From the human T2T-CHM13v2.0 reference genome, Homo sapiens: a stretch of DNA of 64,000 nucleotides. The DNA is taken from assembly GCF_009914755.1 (NCBI RefSeq), contig NC_060946.1; one strand, written 5' to 3'. The notes below the pieces were generated by a model, which saw only the letters and a list, made by a program, of their open reading frames with translations, searched no databases and was not told the DNA's origin. Made by a program: the position numbers and the translations under genes. This document shows positions 1 to 13,694 of the stretch, one piece after another; positions within the stretch are counted from its first letter, which is position 1, and every line of letters starts with the position of its first letter.

Positions 1-389
1 CACCATGACAATACCAAGCAGGATGCAGGGACTCAGCAAAAGCAGGCGCAGGTGCCTCCCAAGGGACCACCTGCTCCTGTAAAACTGCAGTGGTCCTGCC
101 TATCCTGCTTTTGGAGATGACTGCCCCTGATGGTGTGGCAGGGCCAGGGCCAGGCTTTGGGCTTCAGGACCAGGCAGTGCCGGGTTGGGCTTCATCTTCC
201 ACACCAACTGCTGTGTGGCCTGGAGTGGTTGTCAGAGCTGTGGCAACTGTGCACATTGAGGACAAGCACGGGCCCCTGCCCAGGTCTGAGGACTAAGTTC
301 GGAGATGGATGAACAGGCAAAGTCCCCCGCTAGCAGTGCCAGACGCCCTCGGGAATTGGACTTGTGGTCCTGGGTGTTCATTGCCAGCT

Positions 390-580
390 TGCTCTGCACC
401 AGGCGAGGTCCGAATGATTTCCTTGCAATGATGCACTCATCCCTGAGGCCACCCTGTCAGGTACTGTCACATCCCTCTCCTTCTCAAAGAGAAACCGAGT
501 CACAGAGTGTTTCAGTAACTGAGAACATTAAGTGACTCGTATGTGGCAAAGCTGGCCTGTATCAGAAGCTGGGAACTTTG
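390..580 (-). mobile_element. Degenerate MIR SINE fragment
   Basis: agagaaaccgagtcacagag...taagtgactcg...gtatcagaagctgggaac resembles the MIR core in reverse. Confidence 0.45.
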
Positions 581-1365
581 GGGTATGCTGGGCATGGGTG
601 TAGCAGCCTGTGTGTGTCCACCCGAGGTGGCCCTGCCCTGTTTCCACACACAGCCTACCTAGAGCTAGAGAAGGCTCCAGGAGTTGAGTGCTTGGCTCCA
701 GGGCCTGGGCAGATGGCGCATCTGGCCGGGATAAGGTGTAGGCCTGGGAGAACAGGGTCAGTGCAGGCCACAGGTGAGGCCAGATGCAGACAGGAGCGCC
801 ATGAGAGGGCAAGGGCTTCCAGGCTGGCACATGGGCCTCTCATGCACCTTTCCCACAGACTGGTCGGAGGTGCCCAGCAGGACCCTGGATGGCTCTCTGG
901 GAGTAAGCTAAGAGGTCACATCTGGATGGAACCAGATGTGAGGGCTTTGACCCCCACGGAGCCAGGTGCCCCTGGGAAATGCCGGCATTGTGTGAAGGAG
1001 TGTCTTGTATCAAAGCAGATATGCCCTGCCCCCTACCCTCATCCCACGGTTCCTAGCAGGTTCCATCGCCTTCCGCACTTGATGCTGCTGGATCCTCCCA
1101 AGGTCCCTTTGCAGGTTGGAACCTGCGGCTCCAAGGTGAGGTGGCTTGCCTGGGACCACACAGTGGTTGGGTGTGGAGTCCGGACAAGGTACATCCTGAT
1201 CCAGGGCCCCCTACTCTGATCCACGGGTGTCTGGGCTCCAGAAAGCTTTCTCTGACCTTCTTGTTCTCGGGAAAGAGCGGTGCCTCCAGGATTCAGGCCT
1301 GAGTCGTGCCCGGGACCATGTGGATCCCTTTCGTTCCTGTGTCACCTGGGGGTGAGGCAGACATT

Positions 1366-1509
1366 CCTAGTCCTGCTTGGGGCATCGTAAGATGGGCTGC
1401 TGTGGTGTCCCCTCCCCACCAGGGCTGCTCTGAGGGCCCTGGTCCTGATTTGGACATCATAAGATGGGCTGCTGTGGTGTCCCCTCTCCCCCAGGGCTGC
1501 TCTGAGGGC
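1366..1509. repeat. Tandem duplication, 72-bp unit x2
   Basis: catc(g/a)taagatgggctgctgtggtgtcccct...cagggctgctctgagggc at 1383 and 1455. Confidence 0.9.
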
Positions 1510-3539
1510 ACCCCTGGGGAACATCATGCAAAGTCCTCCGTGCCCCTCTGGGGCACGGGGTGAGGTCCCTCCCTGTGGTGTCTCAGTGAGCAGGAGGCAG
1601 GCACAGCATGAATGTGGCCTCTGACAGCACAGCCATGCTGAAGACCCCTCAGCCTGGGCTCCCAGGGCCCCTGACCCTGACCTGGACAAGGCTGGGCCTG
1701 CAGCACCCTGGAAGGCAGGGAGCCCCCCAGGTCAGTGCGTCTGAGCTCGGGGAGGAAAACGCCAGCCGAGGGCTGGGCGGCTCGGCTCTGACCCAGACGC
1801 CTGGCATAGTCTTGGCAGGTGCCAGCCCCGTCTAGCCCCAGTGTCAACAGCAGACCCGTATCCTCTCCTCTCACCTCCTGGGCAAGGCCACTGTCCATGA
1901 AAAGCTTGCAAGAACTGGAGGAGCTGCATGAGCAGGATGGGACCAGGTGATGGCGGCTCGCTGGTTTTCCAGGCACACACTAAGGGGCCCAGCCCATCAA
2001 GAATTCCGCTCCAGAACTCCTTGATATTTGGCTTAAAGTTCAGCTCTAAATATAGACCTGTTGGGGTCTGTCGCAAGTGTTTTCTTGAGGGGCCTGTGAC
2101 GATGTGCATGGGGTCCTAAGGGGGGCAGGGTTCTGGCACCCACCCTTCTCGTGGTCTGCAGCAGTGATGGAAGCAGGTGCAGGAGGGGAGACGGGGGCTA
2201 AGGAAACTCTGTGACAAGTGCTGCCTTCTCTCGCCTCCCCAAAGACCCTTCTCCAGGAGAGCCGCACCTCTGCCCCGCCCGCTCCCCTGGCTGGCCCAGG
2301 ACCCACCTGCTGCCCCGCGCTTTCCCATGGCAAGTGTGGGTGTGGCCGCTGTTGGTAACAGAGGTGTGAGATCAAATGAATAGCCTCTGAGCCCCTGGTG
2401 GGAGTTGGGAGCCCTGTGGAAAACTGATTGAGAGCACGGGCTCCTGTGGGAAGGCAGTGCTGGCCCCACGCCCTGCGATGGCCGTTCAGCTCTGACTGTC
2501 CTCCCGGCAGGAAGCGTCCTCCAGTGCTCCCTCTGCTGTGCTCTGTCACTGTGGCTGTGTGGCTGCAGCCTGTGCACTGTGAGCCCTCCTTGTGTGGGCT
2601 CCCGGGGACCACCAGAGAGCCCCTCCCAAGGAGTCACCAGTCACAGCGGACCTCACATGGCTCTTCTGCTGTGGAGAAGGGTCCACACTTGCCTCCTGTG
2701 GGCCAGCTGCCTTTGCTTGCTGGTGTCCTGGTGCCTGGCTGCTGTCACCCAGGAGTTGGGCTCTGGGCAGGGAGGAGGGCTTCCTGGAGGCAGTGGCAGA
2801 AGTCTGATGGGCTGAAGCCCTCAGGAAACCTTCTCAGGGGGTCCCGTTTAGGAAACAAATCCCTCTGCTGATGTAGCTGCTGGCTGACTCTGTCAGCGCT
2901 GCCTGCTGTGGGAAGCCCTTATGAGCGTGTACATCCTCTCTCGGGGTCCTGCAGGCCACGAGGTGGGCAGCCTGCTCTCCTTGGGTCAGGACATGGAGAC
3001 TTCACAGCCCGGCGGAACCCACGCCCATGCCCAGCTCTGCCTAAATGGATCGATCATCTAGAACCCCCGTCGCAGGGCTCGGAGTTGCGGGCAGGGTGGG
3101 AGACCCCTTCCAGAGGGGCCCCTGTAGATTAGCTCAGCTTACTTGATTCATTGATTTTGTCAAGGGTCCGTTTATCATACTGACAACTGGAAAAACCTTA
3201 AATAAACATTTATCATCCTCCGAGGGGCCCGGCCAGGCTCCCAGGGAAGAGGAGGGGCAGCTGGGATTGCACCTATATGGGGCTTCCAGGGCTCACCCCG
3301 AGGGAGGAGGCCCAGAGCCAGCCCTGGGTGCTGAGCCCCTGGTTTCCCACTGTTGTGACGGCCCTGTCTGCATTCCCTGCAGAATACCCCAGAGACTCAG
3401 ACCTGGGGCTGATCTGAGGGGGACTCGTCCCCAACCACCTGGTCACAGGCAGAGATTGGTCTGCCTACTGCTCATTCATTCATGCATCTTTCACCCCGAG
3501 AGCCCACCCCTCATCTCCCACCACCACACCCAGCACGGG

Positions 3540-3890
3540 CTCAGCTCAGACCCTGCTGTTGCCTTCCTCTGGAAGCTTCCTCTCTAGACATCCTCCTGAC
3601 TTGTGTGATCCCAGCTTCCCTCAGATGCCCAAATGCCGCCTCGTCAGGGGAGCCCTCCTGGACCACCTTGACTCCACAGGCCCCCCGCTCTGTGCCCCTC
3701 CTGCCTGGCTCACTATGTCTCCGTGGAGGCCCCCATGCCCTGGCTCTGTGCGATGGACAGTGGTTCCTGTGCCCTCCATGTGCCCCCACAGACACGGGTC
3801 GGTCTCAGCTCTGTTCCTGGCTGCATGCCCAGTACCCTGACCAAGGACAGATTGCCCGGAGGCGCCCGGGCCAGAGGGAATAGGATGGAG
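3540..3890 (+). mobile_element. Degenerate L2 LINE 3' fragment
   Basis: ctgctgttgccttcctctggaagc...gagccctcctggaccacc...gcatgcccagtaccctgac resembles the L2 3' region. Confidence 0.4.
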
Positions 3891-5604
3891 GGAGGGAAGC
3901 AGGATGCAGGCTTCCCTGGCCGCATGCACTGGACACCCAGGAGGAGGATGGGGTCATGGGGAGACCTGCACCAGGGACAGGATGGTGGGAGAGGGTGAGG
4001 AGGCGTCCCAGGGATGAGTCCTGGGGCAGGGCTGGGAGGGGACAGATCACCAGGCACCACTGTCCTTGACTCTGTCCCCCACCCGGGGCCCAGACAGTGT
4101 TCTGGAAGGTTCCTACAGTGTCTCTGAGCATACCTCCATGCCTGCCGTGGTGCAGGCCCGTCTGCCTCCCACGGCTCTCTCTCCGGGCTGGTGGTGCCCT
4201 CCCTGTCTGCCTGACCTGGGGTGCAGCCCTGGCATGCCCGGTCCTCGTCTGTTCAGCCTGTGGCCTCTTTTTGCTGGGAGGGCTTGTCAAGGCCCCTGGA
4301 ATCCAACCGAGAACTTGACAGTGGAGGCTGTTTGATGCTCATTAGGTGATCACCGTCCACCTGCCCAGCTCTTGGCCTCCGTCCTGGCCAAGCGTGGACA
4401 CTGTGCTTGTCCAGGCCACTGAATGGGAGCATCAAAGAAGATACGGAAATTCCCCCAAAGCGACAAATGAGGTACAAACCACAGGCTTCCTTTTTATCCT
4501 GCTCCCGCTTCCAGAACCCAGGTCCTCGGGCGGCCGCTCAGAAGAGCTCAGCTCCCGCCTGGGCTCAGGGAAGAGATGAGGCTGTGGAGAGCCTTTGAAG
4601 GATCGGGAGGAAGAGGCTGGAGACTTTCTGAAAGGGCTCCCGGCAAAAATGTCCCCAGGGAAATGCTCCCGGGTGTCTGGGCTTCGACTTTGAAGGTGCA
4701 GAAGTTTGACGGGCTAGTTTAGGCCGTCATTTTTTTTCCATTAATAAAAATTAGGATAGGAAGGAAATTATCATAATCCAACATTGACAATGAAGCTTTC
4801 CCATTTACTTCTCTTTCTGTAAGGGTTTTTTAAAAATCAAAATGATTTACGATTAATACAGTGCATATTAAAACTTTTAACCTGGTACCTTCATAAAGTA
4901 AAAAAATGTTCCCAACATATTACATTTTTAATCACATGAGTTAATTACTCTTTAGGGAGGCTTTGGAAATTCTGGAAAGGAGGGTATTATGGATTTCAAA
5001 GAATGAGACTGAAACTGTCATTTTAATGAGAATGCAAATGAGATTGCTGAGGTTCAGCGGAGGTCACAGCAGCTTCATCATCAGGTTATTACAGCCATTT
5101 ATTGCCAGTAACAAATGAATATTAAAAGCTATTGTTTTAACAGATTAGACCTCCAAATTATTATTATTTCAAAATTTCCCGGGTGTCTGGAATATAATTT
5201 AAAAATTATGAAATGCTAAGATTCTCTGCAGACCTATAATCCTCTCAAGAGCCTGCTGGTTTTTACAAAGATGTGGGTCTCTCTTTCCCCGAGTGTCAGA
5301 GCTTGCAGGAGTGTCTCTGCAGAGACAGTGGGACACTCGTGGTCAGGTGCTTCCTCTCCCCATAGTGGTCCTGAGAGGGGGTCCTACGAGCCTCTTTAAG
5401 CTGTGTCCTCGGGAGTCCCTGGGCGGGGGCCCAGGGTGGCAGTGTAGCCCCTGAGGCTGGGGCTCTGAGATCTCCGATGGTGGAGACAAGAGAAGGCTGT
5501 TCCAGTGGCTGTCATGGCAGCAGGAGGTCAGACGACTCCCACTGCAGGGCCACCCAGTCCTGGACACCTGTCCCTGCCCCACCCACCGCTGTCTCTTAGC
5601 AAAC

Positions 5605-5690
5605 AGCCCAGGGCCTGGCACACAGGGGCTCCGTGGATGCCGAGTGAAGGGAGGGAGGATGGATGAATGAATGAAGGAATGAATGGATAC
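5605..5690 (+). mobile_element. L2 3' terminus with (TGAA)n tail
   Basis: ccagggcctggcacacagg...gaatgaatgaaggaatgaatgg. Confidence 0.55.
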
Positions 5691-7579
5691 TGGCTGGTGG
5701 CATGGGGCTGGCGGTGGGCTCAGCGCTCTTCCTAAGCGGCACGACCGGCTTCCCAGGTGCCTGGGCATTCTCCTCCCTCCTCCCTTTCGCTCTCAGAGCA
5801 ATCCCCTGTCTCACCAGCAGAGCAAGCGGAGCTCAGCCCTGGTGCTCAGACCGTGTCCTGCGAGGGATTTCCGGGGAGGGCGGCTGCTCCCTGATGGAGG
5901 ACGTGGGCTCCCAGCTCATTCCTGTGGCTTTTCCTGACTCTCACTCTGACAACGTAGGTCTCCAAGCGTGTCTGTGTCTTCAGAAGTGCGGATCTTTATG
6001 GGAAGAGGGAGAGAGGGAGACAAGGCAAAAACAACAACAAAAATCCGCAAACCCACTGAACACTGAGAAGCTGCTGGAAGTGGCCTGGGGTGCACCCCCC
6101 ATGCCACGGGCACCCCGTGGTCTGTGGCCTCCTGCAGCCAGGTGACCCCGTCATCAGCAAGGCCCAGGGAAGAGGGGACCTTGTCCGATCCCCTGAGACA
6201 GGAGCCCAGGAAGCTGGTCCAGGAGACCTACCCGAGGGCATCGGGCAAGATACGGGGGTGGGGATGGGGGCGCTGTGGCCGCTGGCTGGAGGCTGCCAAG
6301 CCATCTCTCAAGGAACAGCTGCTTCAAGTACACAGACCTGGGAGGGGCTGGGCCTGGCCTTGGGTGGTGCTTGTGAGGGGTGGAGGCCCTGCCACCTGCT
6401 CCCCTGCCCCAGCCAGGGCCCTCTTCTTGTTCTAGCTCCCTCCCTGGAGGTGTCCTGTCCTGTGGGCAGAGTCTTCTGATGACTTTGGGATTCATGGACC
6501 AGGCTAAGACCCTAAACGCTGAACCCCACTCCGGGAGGGGGATAGTAGGGATTGGTGGTCTCACCAAACTCCTGGGCCACTGATGGGAGGTGATGTCACC
6601 CGAGACCAATGGCACAGAGGGCATCACAGGCAGAGGAGAAGAATTTGTCCTGGGGAGGCTCCCAGGGGACTGTGAGAAGAGGCGGGTCCCTCACAGCAAG
6701 TGCTCACTGGCCCTGCATCCCCAGAGCCCCCTGTGGTCAGCCCCTCCTGCAGAGCAGCCCCTCTGGGGTTTGCCAAGCTCCGGGGACCTAGTGAGGTTGT
6801 GGCTGCATCTCCATCCTGCGCACCACAGGGAGAAGCAATTAAATGTAATAGATGCAGAGGCTCCCGGAATTACATTATTTAGGAGCTGCAGCTTACACAC
6901 ATATGCACGCGTGCTAAGCTGCACATAATTAATAGATTTATTTAAATCAGCCTCTGCCATCTGTATTCATCTGGAAGAGATGCTTCTTGGCAGGCCCATG
7001 TTGGAAGACCTTTGATTTTTGAAAGGAAAGTGGGGTGTCCCGAAGAGGCGCTGGGGCAGCAGGGGATTCGTGTCCCTGGGGGCTCTGGTCTGCAGGGCAC
7101 ACATCACACAGGTGTGGCGGGGCAGTGACTGCAGCAGACAAGGCCAGGTGGTTCCTGCAGTCCGACCCGAGAGGGAGTGAGGCAGACAGGGATGTGGGGT
7201 CCCCTCGAGGCTGTTCTCAGGGACACCCCCCTAGGCAGGGTCCCACCTGATCACGGCCTTGCTCAGGGCCCAACCTCCACAGCCCCTGAGGCCCCATGCT
7301 CACTTCCCTTGGGGGCGCTGTCCAGCTCCGGGGATGCAGACCCAGGCACCCTGCCGTCCACAGTGGTGTCCTCATGCACTCACTGGGCACAGACCCGCCT
7401 GCTTGGTCCTGGGAGGAAAAGCAGATGGCACTCATGAGAGTTAACCCTCCCAAAGGAGAAGAGGGCTGCAGCCGGGCCTGGCGTGGTCACCAGGGGCACC
7501 CACCGTTGGGAGGCCCGCAGGGAGCGGGGAGTGCGCCCAGGTCTGGGGTTCAGGGCCGGCAGCAGTAACGGCATCAGAA

Positions 7580-7930
7580 CTGTGCTAGCGTCTGAATTGT
7601 GTCTCCCCAAAATCCGTATGTTGATGTCCTAACCCCAGCTCCTCAGAACATGACTGTACTTGGAGACAGGTTCTTTAAAGAGGTGATTAAGGTTAAATGG
7701 GGTCGTAAGGGTGGGGCCCTGATCCAGTATAACTGGTGTCCTTATAGCGAGAGATGAGGACAAGGACAGGCACAGAGGGGCCACCCTGTGAGGACACAGA
7801 GAGAAGACGGCGTCCACAGGCTGAGGAGGGCGGCGCCGGGAGGAAGCAGCTTTGCCCACACCTTGACCCTGGACTCCCGGCCTCCAGGGCTGCGAGGACA
7901 TGAGTTTCTGCCCTGAGCGATGCTGGGGAC
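7580..7930 (+). mobile_element. MLT1-family (MaLR) solo LTR
   Basis: tgaattgtgtctccccaaaatccgtatgttgatgtcctaacccc...gaggtgattaaggttaaatg...ggtgtccttat...gtgaggacacag matches the recalled MLT1A/B consensus. Confidence 0.8.
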
Positions 7931-9399
7931 AGGGCTGACAGGGATGCACCTGTGCCGTTCTGTTCTGGCCACCCTAGGACACCAGTCCCAGGTGGTGGTT
8001 AGATTAGAGGTGACCACGGCGGCTCCTTGCAGGAGGCTGAGTGGGAGCCTGGTCTCGCCCAAGCATTGCAGGCACTCCACTGAAAGCTGGTAGCTAAGGC
8101 TCCCTGAAGATGCCAGGCCACAGGCCACTGAGCGCCACGGCCACTCGCAGGCGGGAGGGCACCTCCAGACTCTCGGCAGAGGTCCAGCCCCCACAGCACC
8201 CCTTCCTGACCTGCCCTTAGCAGGCGGTGATGGGCGATCATTGTTCAGGGAGGGCTCTGGCCATGCCTAGAGCTCCCTCCCCGAGGTCAGCTCCCCTAGA
8301 ATCCACTGGAAGGCAATGTCCCCTGAAAATGGGTCCCAGGACCCCTGTCCCTTGAGGTCACAATGAGGACACAACCGGAGGATGTGTCTAAGCCGGGGCA
8401 GGTGGGACCTTTCCCATGAGACAAGTTGGTGGAGACAGATTGGAGCCACGGAGCCCGCTCAGGCAGAGGCCCCAGTCTGAGGGGGGAGTGGTCTTGTTTC
8501 CCTCCCCTGTCTCCTTTAGATTCTGCACCTCACCAAGATCAGCACAACCTCCAGGGAACAGGGAAGGTGATGGGGACTCCCAGATGGAGAGCAAGCCGGG
8601 CCTGTGCCAGTTCATTCTTATTCAGTGCCACCGTCGCAACATCCCAATCTAGTCATTATTGCGTCTTCGCTCTCCGTGGCTGCATTATAACTGGAGCTTA
8701 TGTTCAATTTGCTGGGAGCCGGCAAATCATCGTCTGCTTTTCCTCGGCACACACTCATTTGCTGTTGGCCCTAGGTGTTTCTTAAAGTCTAGCATTTTAC
8801 ACATAGACAAATTAAATCTTGTTTTTGAATGCGTCCCTCCCTGGAACTGACATAACGCTCTTTAATGTCTGTCGCACCTCTTGGGTTCTTGGGGCTCATA
8901 ATCATTTGCATTTTCAAGCAGCAGATTCCTTACAGGGACGTATCCTCAAAGCCAATAATGAAGTGATTAAGGAGAGTTGGGCTCCTGTGGGTGTTTGCCA
9001 CGGTCTCTCTCCCGCCATCCATGTGAGCGTGGCCTCAGGAGCCGTGGTCTGTGGAGAGGTCTCTTCATTGCTGTGGAATATTCATTTGGCCAACCAGGAA
9101 CACCTCCACAGTATCTTCCGGGCGTGGCCACTGGGAGACTCGAATGCGGAGACATGGTCCAGGGGCTGTAGACCAGCGAGGTCCAGTCAGGTTCAAGGGC
9201 CAGGATGGGGAGGGGCGTGACACGAGTGTGTGCCACAGAGGGCTGGTGGTTCACGAGGTCAGGAGGATACCCTGGGTGCCCACGTGTGCCAGGTGCCTGG
9301 GCGAACGGCGGGCCCACCTCCTGGGCTTCACTTGCCTCCGCCAGCTGCCAGGGAGTGAGAGAATAGGAGCATGGCGGGAAATTCACAATAAGCAGGTGC

Positions 9400-9675
9400 C
9401 AGGCCTGAACTGTGTCCCCCACATTCAAATGGCCTAGGCCCAGGGCGATGGCATTTGGAGGTGACAAGGTCATACAGGGGCCCTTATACTGGGGTCAGGC
9501 CCTTAGGAAAGAGGCGTGAGGGAGGTGCCCCCTCCCTCTCACTGCTACATGAGGGACACAGTGCCGAGGGGCCCAAGGAGGGAGCCCATACCAGGAACCC
9601 AGTTGGGCTGCCCTTGACCTTGTTGAGGCCGCCCGGGGCCATGGTGTTTTGTGGTGGCAGCTGGAGCTGACACCA
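9400..9675 (+). mobile_element. Degenerate MaLR (MLT1/MST-like) LTR
   Basis: ctgaactgtgtccccc...gcatttggagg...cccttaggaaagagg...catgagggacacag...ccttgaccttg. Confidence 0.55.
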
Positions 9676-11025
9676 GCGGTGGACGCTCCTCCTGGGCCAC
9701 TGGGCTGCCCCGCAGCAGATTTTGGGACCCATGGCGGTCGGGGCTGCTTGGGAAGTGGGCCCCATGGTGGAGGGATGGCTCTGACTCTGAGCCCTCAGCC
9801 ATCACTGCTCTGTGCTCTTTCTAGTCTGGAGGTGGCCTTGCTCTCGGGAGCAGGCACTGAGGTCCCAGCTAGAGCCCCTCCCTGAGATGAGCCGGGTAAC
9901 CTGACAACCCACACTGCGGGGTCCCCTGCCCCACAACCCCTCCTCTGACCCTGGTGGTCCTGGAGCTCTGCTCTGAGAGGCGACATGGCTGATGGAGGAA
10001 GGTGGGCCCCTTCCCCCCTGGTCTCCACGTCCCCAAGGCTTCTCCCTGTCACTGCAGCCGTCACCGAGAGGGCTTTTCTGGGGCAGTCAAGCCTTGAAAG
10101 TGGGAGAATCAGCGAGACCTAGAGGGGATATGGGGTTTGGCTGAGCCTTGAGGAGGAGGAAGGAAGCCAGGAAGGGGCGTGTGGGATGAGGGCACAGCCC
10201 GAGCCAGGCAGGAGGGGCGGCGGGGCCTGCCTTTGGGGAGCAGAGGGGACAAACCCAGAGGCGGAGCGCGGCGGGGATGGAGGAAGGGATGCAGGGGCAG
10301 CGCCACAGGCCCGGGTCTTCATCCTCATTACAACCATCGCCAGAGATGCGGTCGCCGTGCACTGAATCTTTGCGGGGGCCGTGGTAGAGACGTTTCTATC
10401 TCAGCCTGGCACGGGAGGACCTGAGGCCAGAATGCAGGGGTCCAGACCCCCGTGGGTGTGAGGGTCTGGGCAGGAGTGACTGCAGGGTCTTCTTTCTATG
10501 CACACGCCGGCCATCCTCCATCAGGCAGCTGCCCTGGCCACCGATGCCTTCGCAGCATAGGATTTGGGGACCTCCACGTGCCGTCCCATGGGAAAGCCGA
10601 GTCCTTGTAGGGGAGGAGCGTCACTGCTCTCAGCAGGGGACCGTTTCTCTAACGGGAGCCTGTCAGTTTCTGGGCGGGGGTGTGATGTGGCTGAGGCGTC
10701 TGTCCCTGTCGTGCGCCCAGGCTGGTGCCGTCAGGCTCCCGGCATTGGTGCACCCCGGCATTGGTGTGGCCACTGCACTGGTGTGGCCCTGGCATTCATA
10801 TGGCCCCAGCAGGCCCCCCAGCATTTCCATTCTCAGCCTCCAATCCCTGGAGACCACACGTGGGATGCCAGGAGCACCAAGGGTGCAGGTAGGCCATCAG
10901 GGCCTGGGGCCAGCCCGGGCAAGGACAGTGCCAGCAGGCGCCCCCAGTGTGAACTAATGTGAGGTGCTTTCATGCTGCAGAAGGCACCTGGGTCCTGACA
11001 CCCACACTGGGCCATGAAAAACGTT

Positions 11026-11382
<357 letters not shown>

Positions 11383-12534
11383 TAAAGTGGCTTTTGTTTG
11401 GCTCCTGTGTGTGAGCAGTTCTCATCCTGTGCAGTCCTCTACACCTGGGGATGGAGCGGTTCCCTGTGTGGGTGACACTGGGATTTGTCTGGGTCTGGCT
11501 GTGGCAGGCTCTGCTCTTCAAGCTGGGAGGTGGGTGGGGACTGTGGATGGGAGGTGATGCATCCCACCCTGGGAAGGCGTGTGTGATCATAAGGACAGAA
11601 AGGCCTCAGGGCCCAGGGAGCAGCTGGGCTGATGACATCCCACATCTCGGATCCACTCTGCTCTGTGGCTCTGGGACCCTTTGCTGGTACCTCTATCACC
11701 AGCCCAAGGAAAGTCCTTTCTGCTTGAAGGACAGAACCCAGAGCCTCTCCCGTCCGCAGGGATAGCCGAGTCCCCTGGCTGCAATGTTTCTGGGGCCCCT
11801 TTGCAGGTTTGTGAATTCCTCAGACTGCTCCGTAGATGACAAGGCTGTTCCAGGGTGTGCTGGGGCTGCTGGCCTCTGGGGAGGAAGGCACATGGTGTCC
11901 TCAGCAGGGGCTGTGTTTCCAGCCTCGTTTCGTGGATGAAAAATCACCCACACTTCTGGAGCCTGACCTCTCTGTGGAGGCCACACCTCTCCATGGTTTG
12001 AAATGTTTGCCACCCCTGTTTGTATCCGCTCCTAACAGTGGCTTCTGGGTTGGCAGGGCTGGAATGCTTGGCTTTGTGATGATGACGGTGGCCACGGCAA
12101 CGCCTCAAGCCTTGGACCCCCCAACCCCACTGGAGATCCGCGATGCCCATTGGGGGTCATGGGCCACTGGCACAAACAATGCTCCCCCAGGTGTCGAAAA
12201 ATCAATAAACCATTTCTGGTGCTGGGAGCAGACGTTGAGTCACTGACCTGGGCTTTGACCTTATTTAGAAGTTTGTGTTTCCGAGGCTCAGCACGGCTGC
12301 GTGGGGACCAGTCCGGGGCCACACACATTCTGCACAGTGACGCGGGATCAGAGTCCTTTCTGTCCTGGGACTGGGACCGTGGGCGGTGGCTCGGCTCATG
12401 GCCACTGGTCACCCTGCCCGGCCTCAGGCTCCCTGAGTGCTCTCTGCCTCAGGGTCCCTTTCTTAGGGATTCATAGTAGGAACAGCCTGGCAGGCGGTGG
12501 TGTGGACTAGGTCCTGGCGCAGGGTAAGCACTGA

Positions 12535-13035
<501 letters not shown>

Positions 13036-13623
13036 TAGGGAGGGAGGGGGGGAATTTAGCTCCTGTGGGGACCCCCGGGGCCCGGTCACAGCCTCCAAGG
13101 CCCTCGGGACTCCACTGACACTGCCAGGAAAAGCTGCCTTCCACCCCTCCTAGGCCATCATTGACTGGCAGATGGGACAGCCAGGCCCCCACGCCCAGTC
13201 TCTGGTTAATGGTGGGTCAGGGCGGGTCAGGCCTGAGCCCCTGACACGGCTTCTCATGAGAACTCCACCCCCACAGTGAGAGAGGACTCACTCGTGAACT
13301 TTGGAAAACTCCCCCAAACCACACGGGGCCCCACTTGACAGCTCGGAGACCCTCTTTCCTCTCACAGCCCCGGGACCCCGGGATGCCCGTCTGTGCGGAG
13401 GCCCTGGGGGGTGATGGCACTGGAGGCCCTGGCGGAGCTGCAGGCTGGTGCCTTGGCATCTCCCACACCAGAGCTGGGCTGGACCGAGCCGCCCGCTTGC
13501 TCCTGCACAGCCGCAACTGACCTTCAAGAGCCTCGGCCCTTGACCTTCCACCATTTCTCTGACATTTAGCAAACAGTGCCGGCCGCCCCTCCTCAGGTAC
13601 TTGGCCAGGTCTTTGCGTGGCCC

Positions 13624-13694
13624 CCAAGAGCCCTGCGGACAAGTGGCCCCCTCATCCCCTCCAAGAGCCCTGCAGACAAGTGGCCCCTCGTCCC
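13624..13694. repeat. Tandem duplication, 37-bp unit x2
   Basis: ccaagagccctgc(g/a)gacaagtggcccc at 13624 and 13661. Confidence 0.85.
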
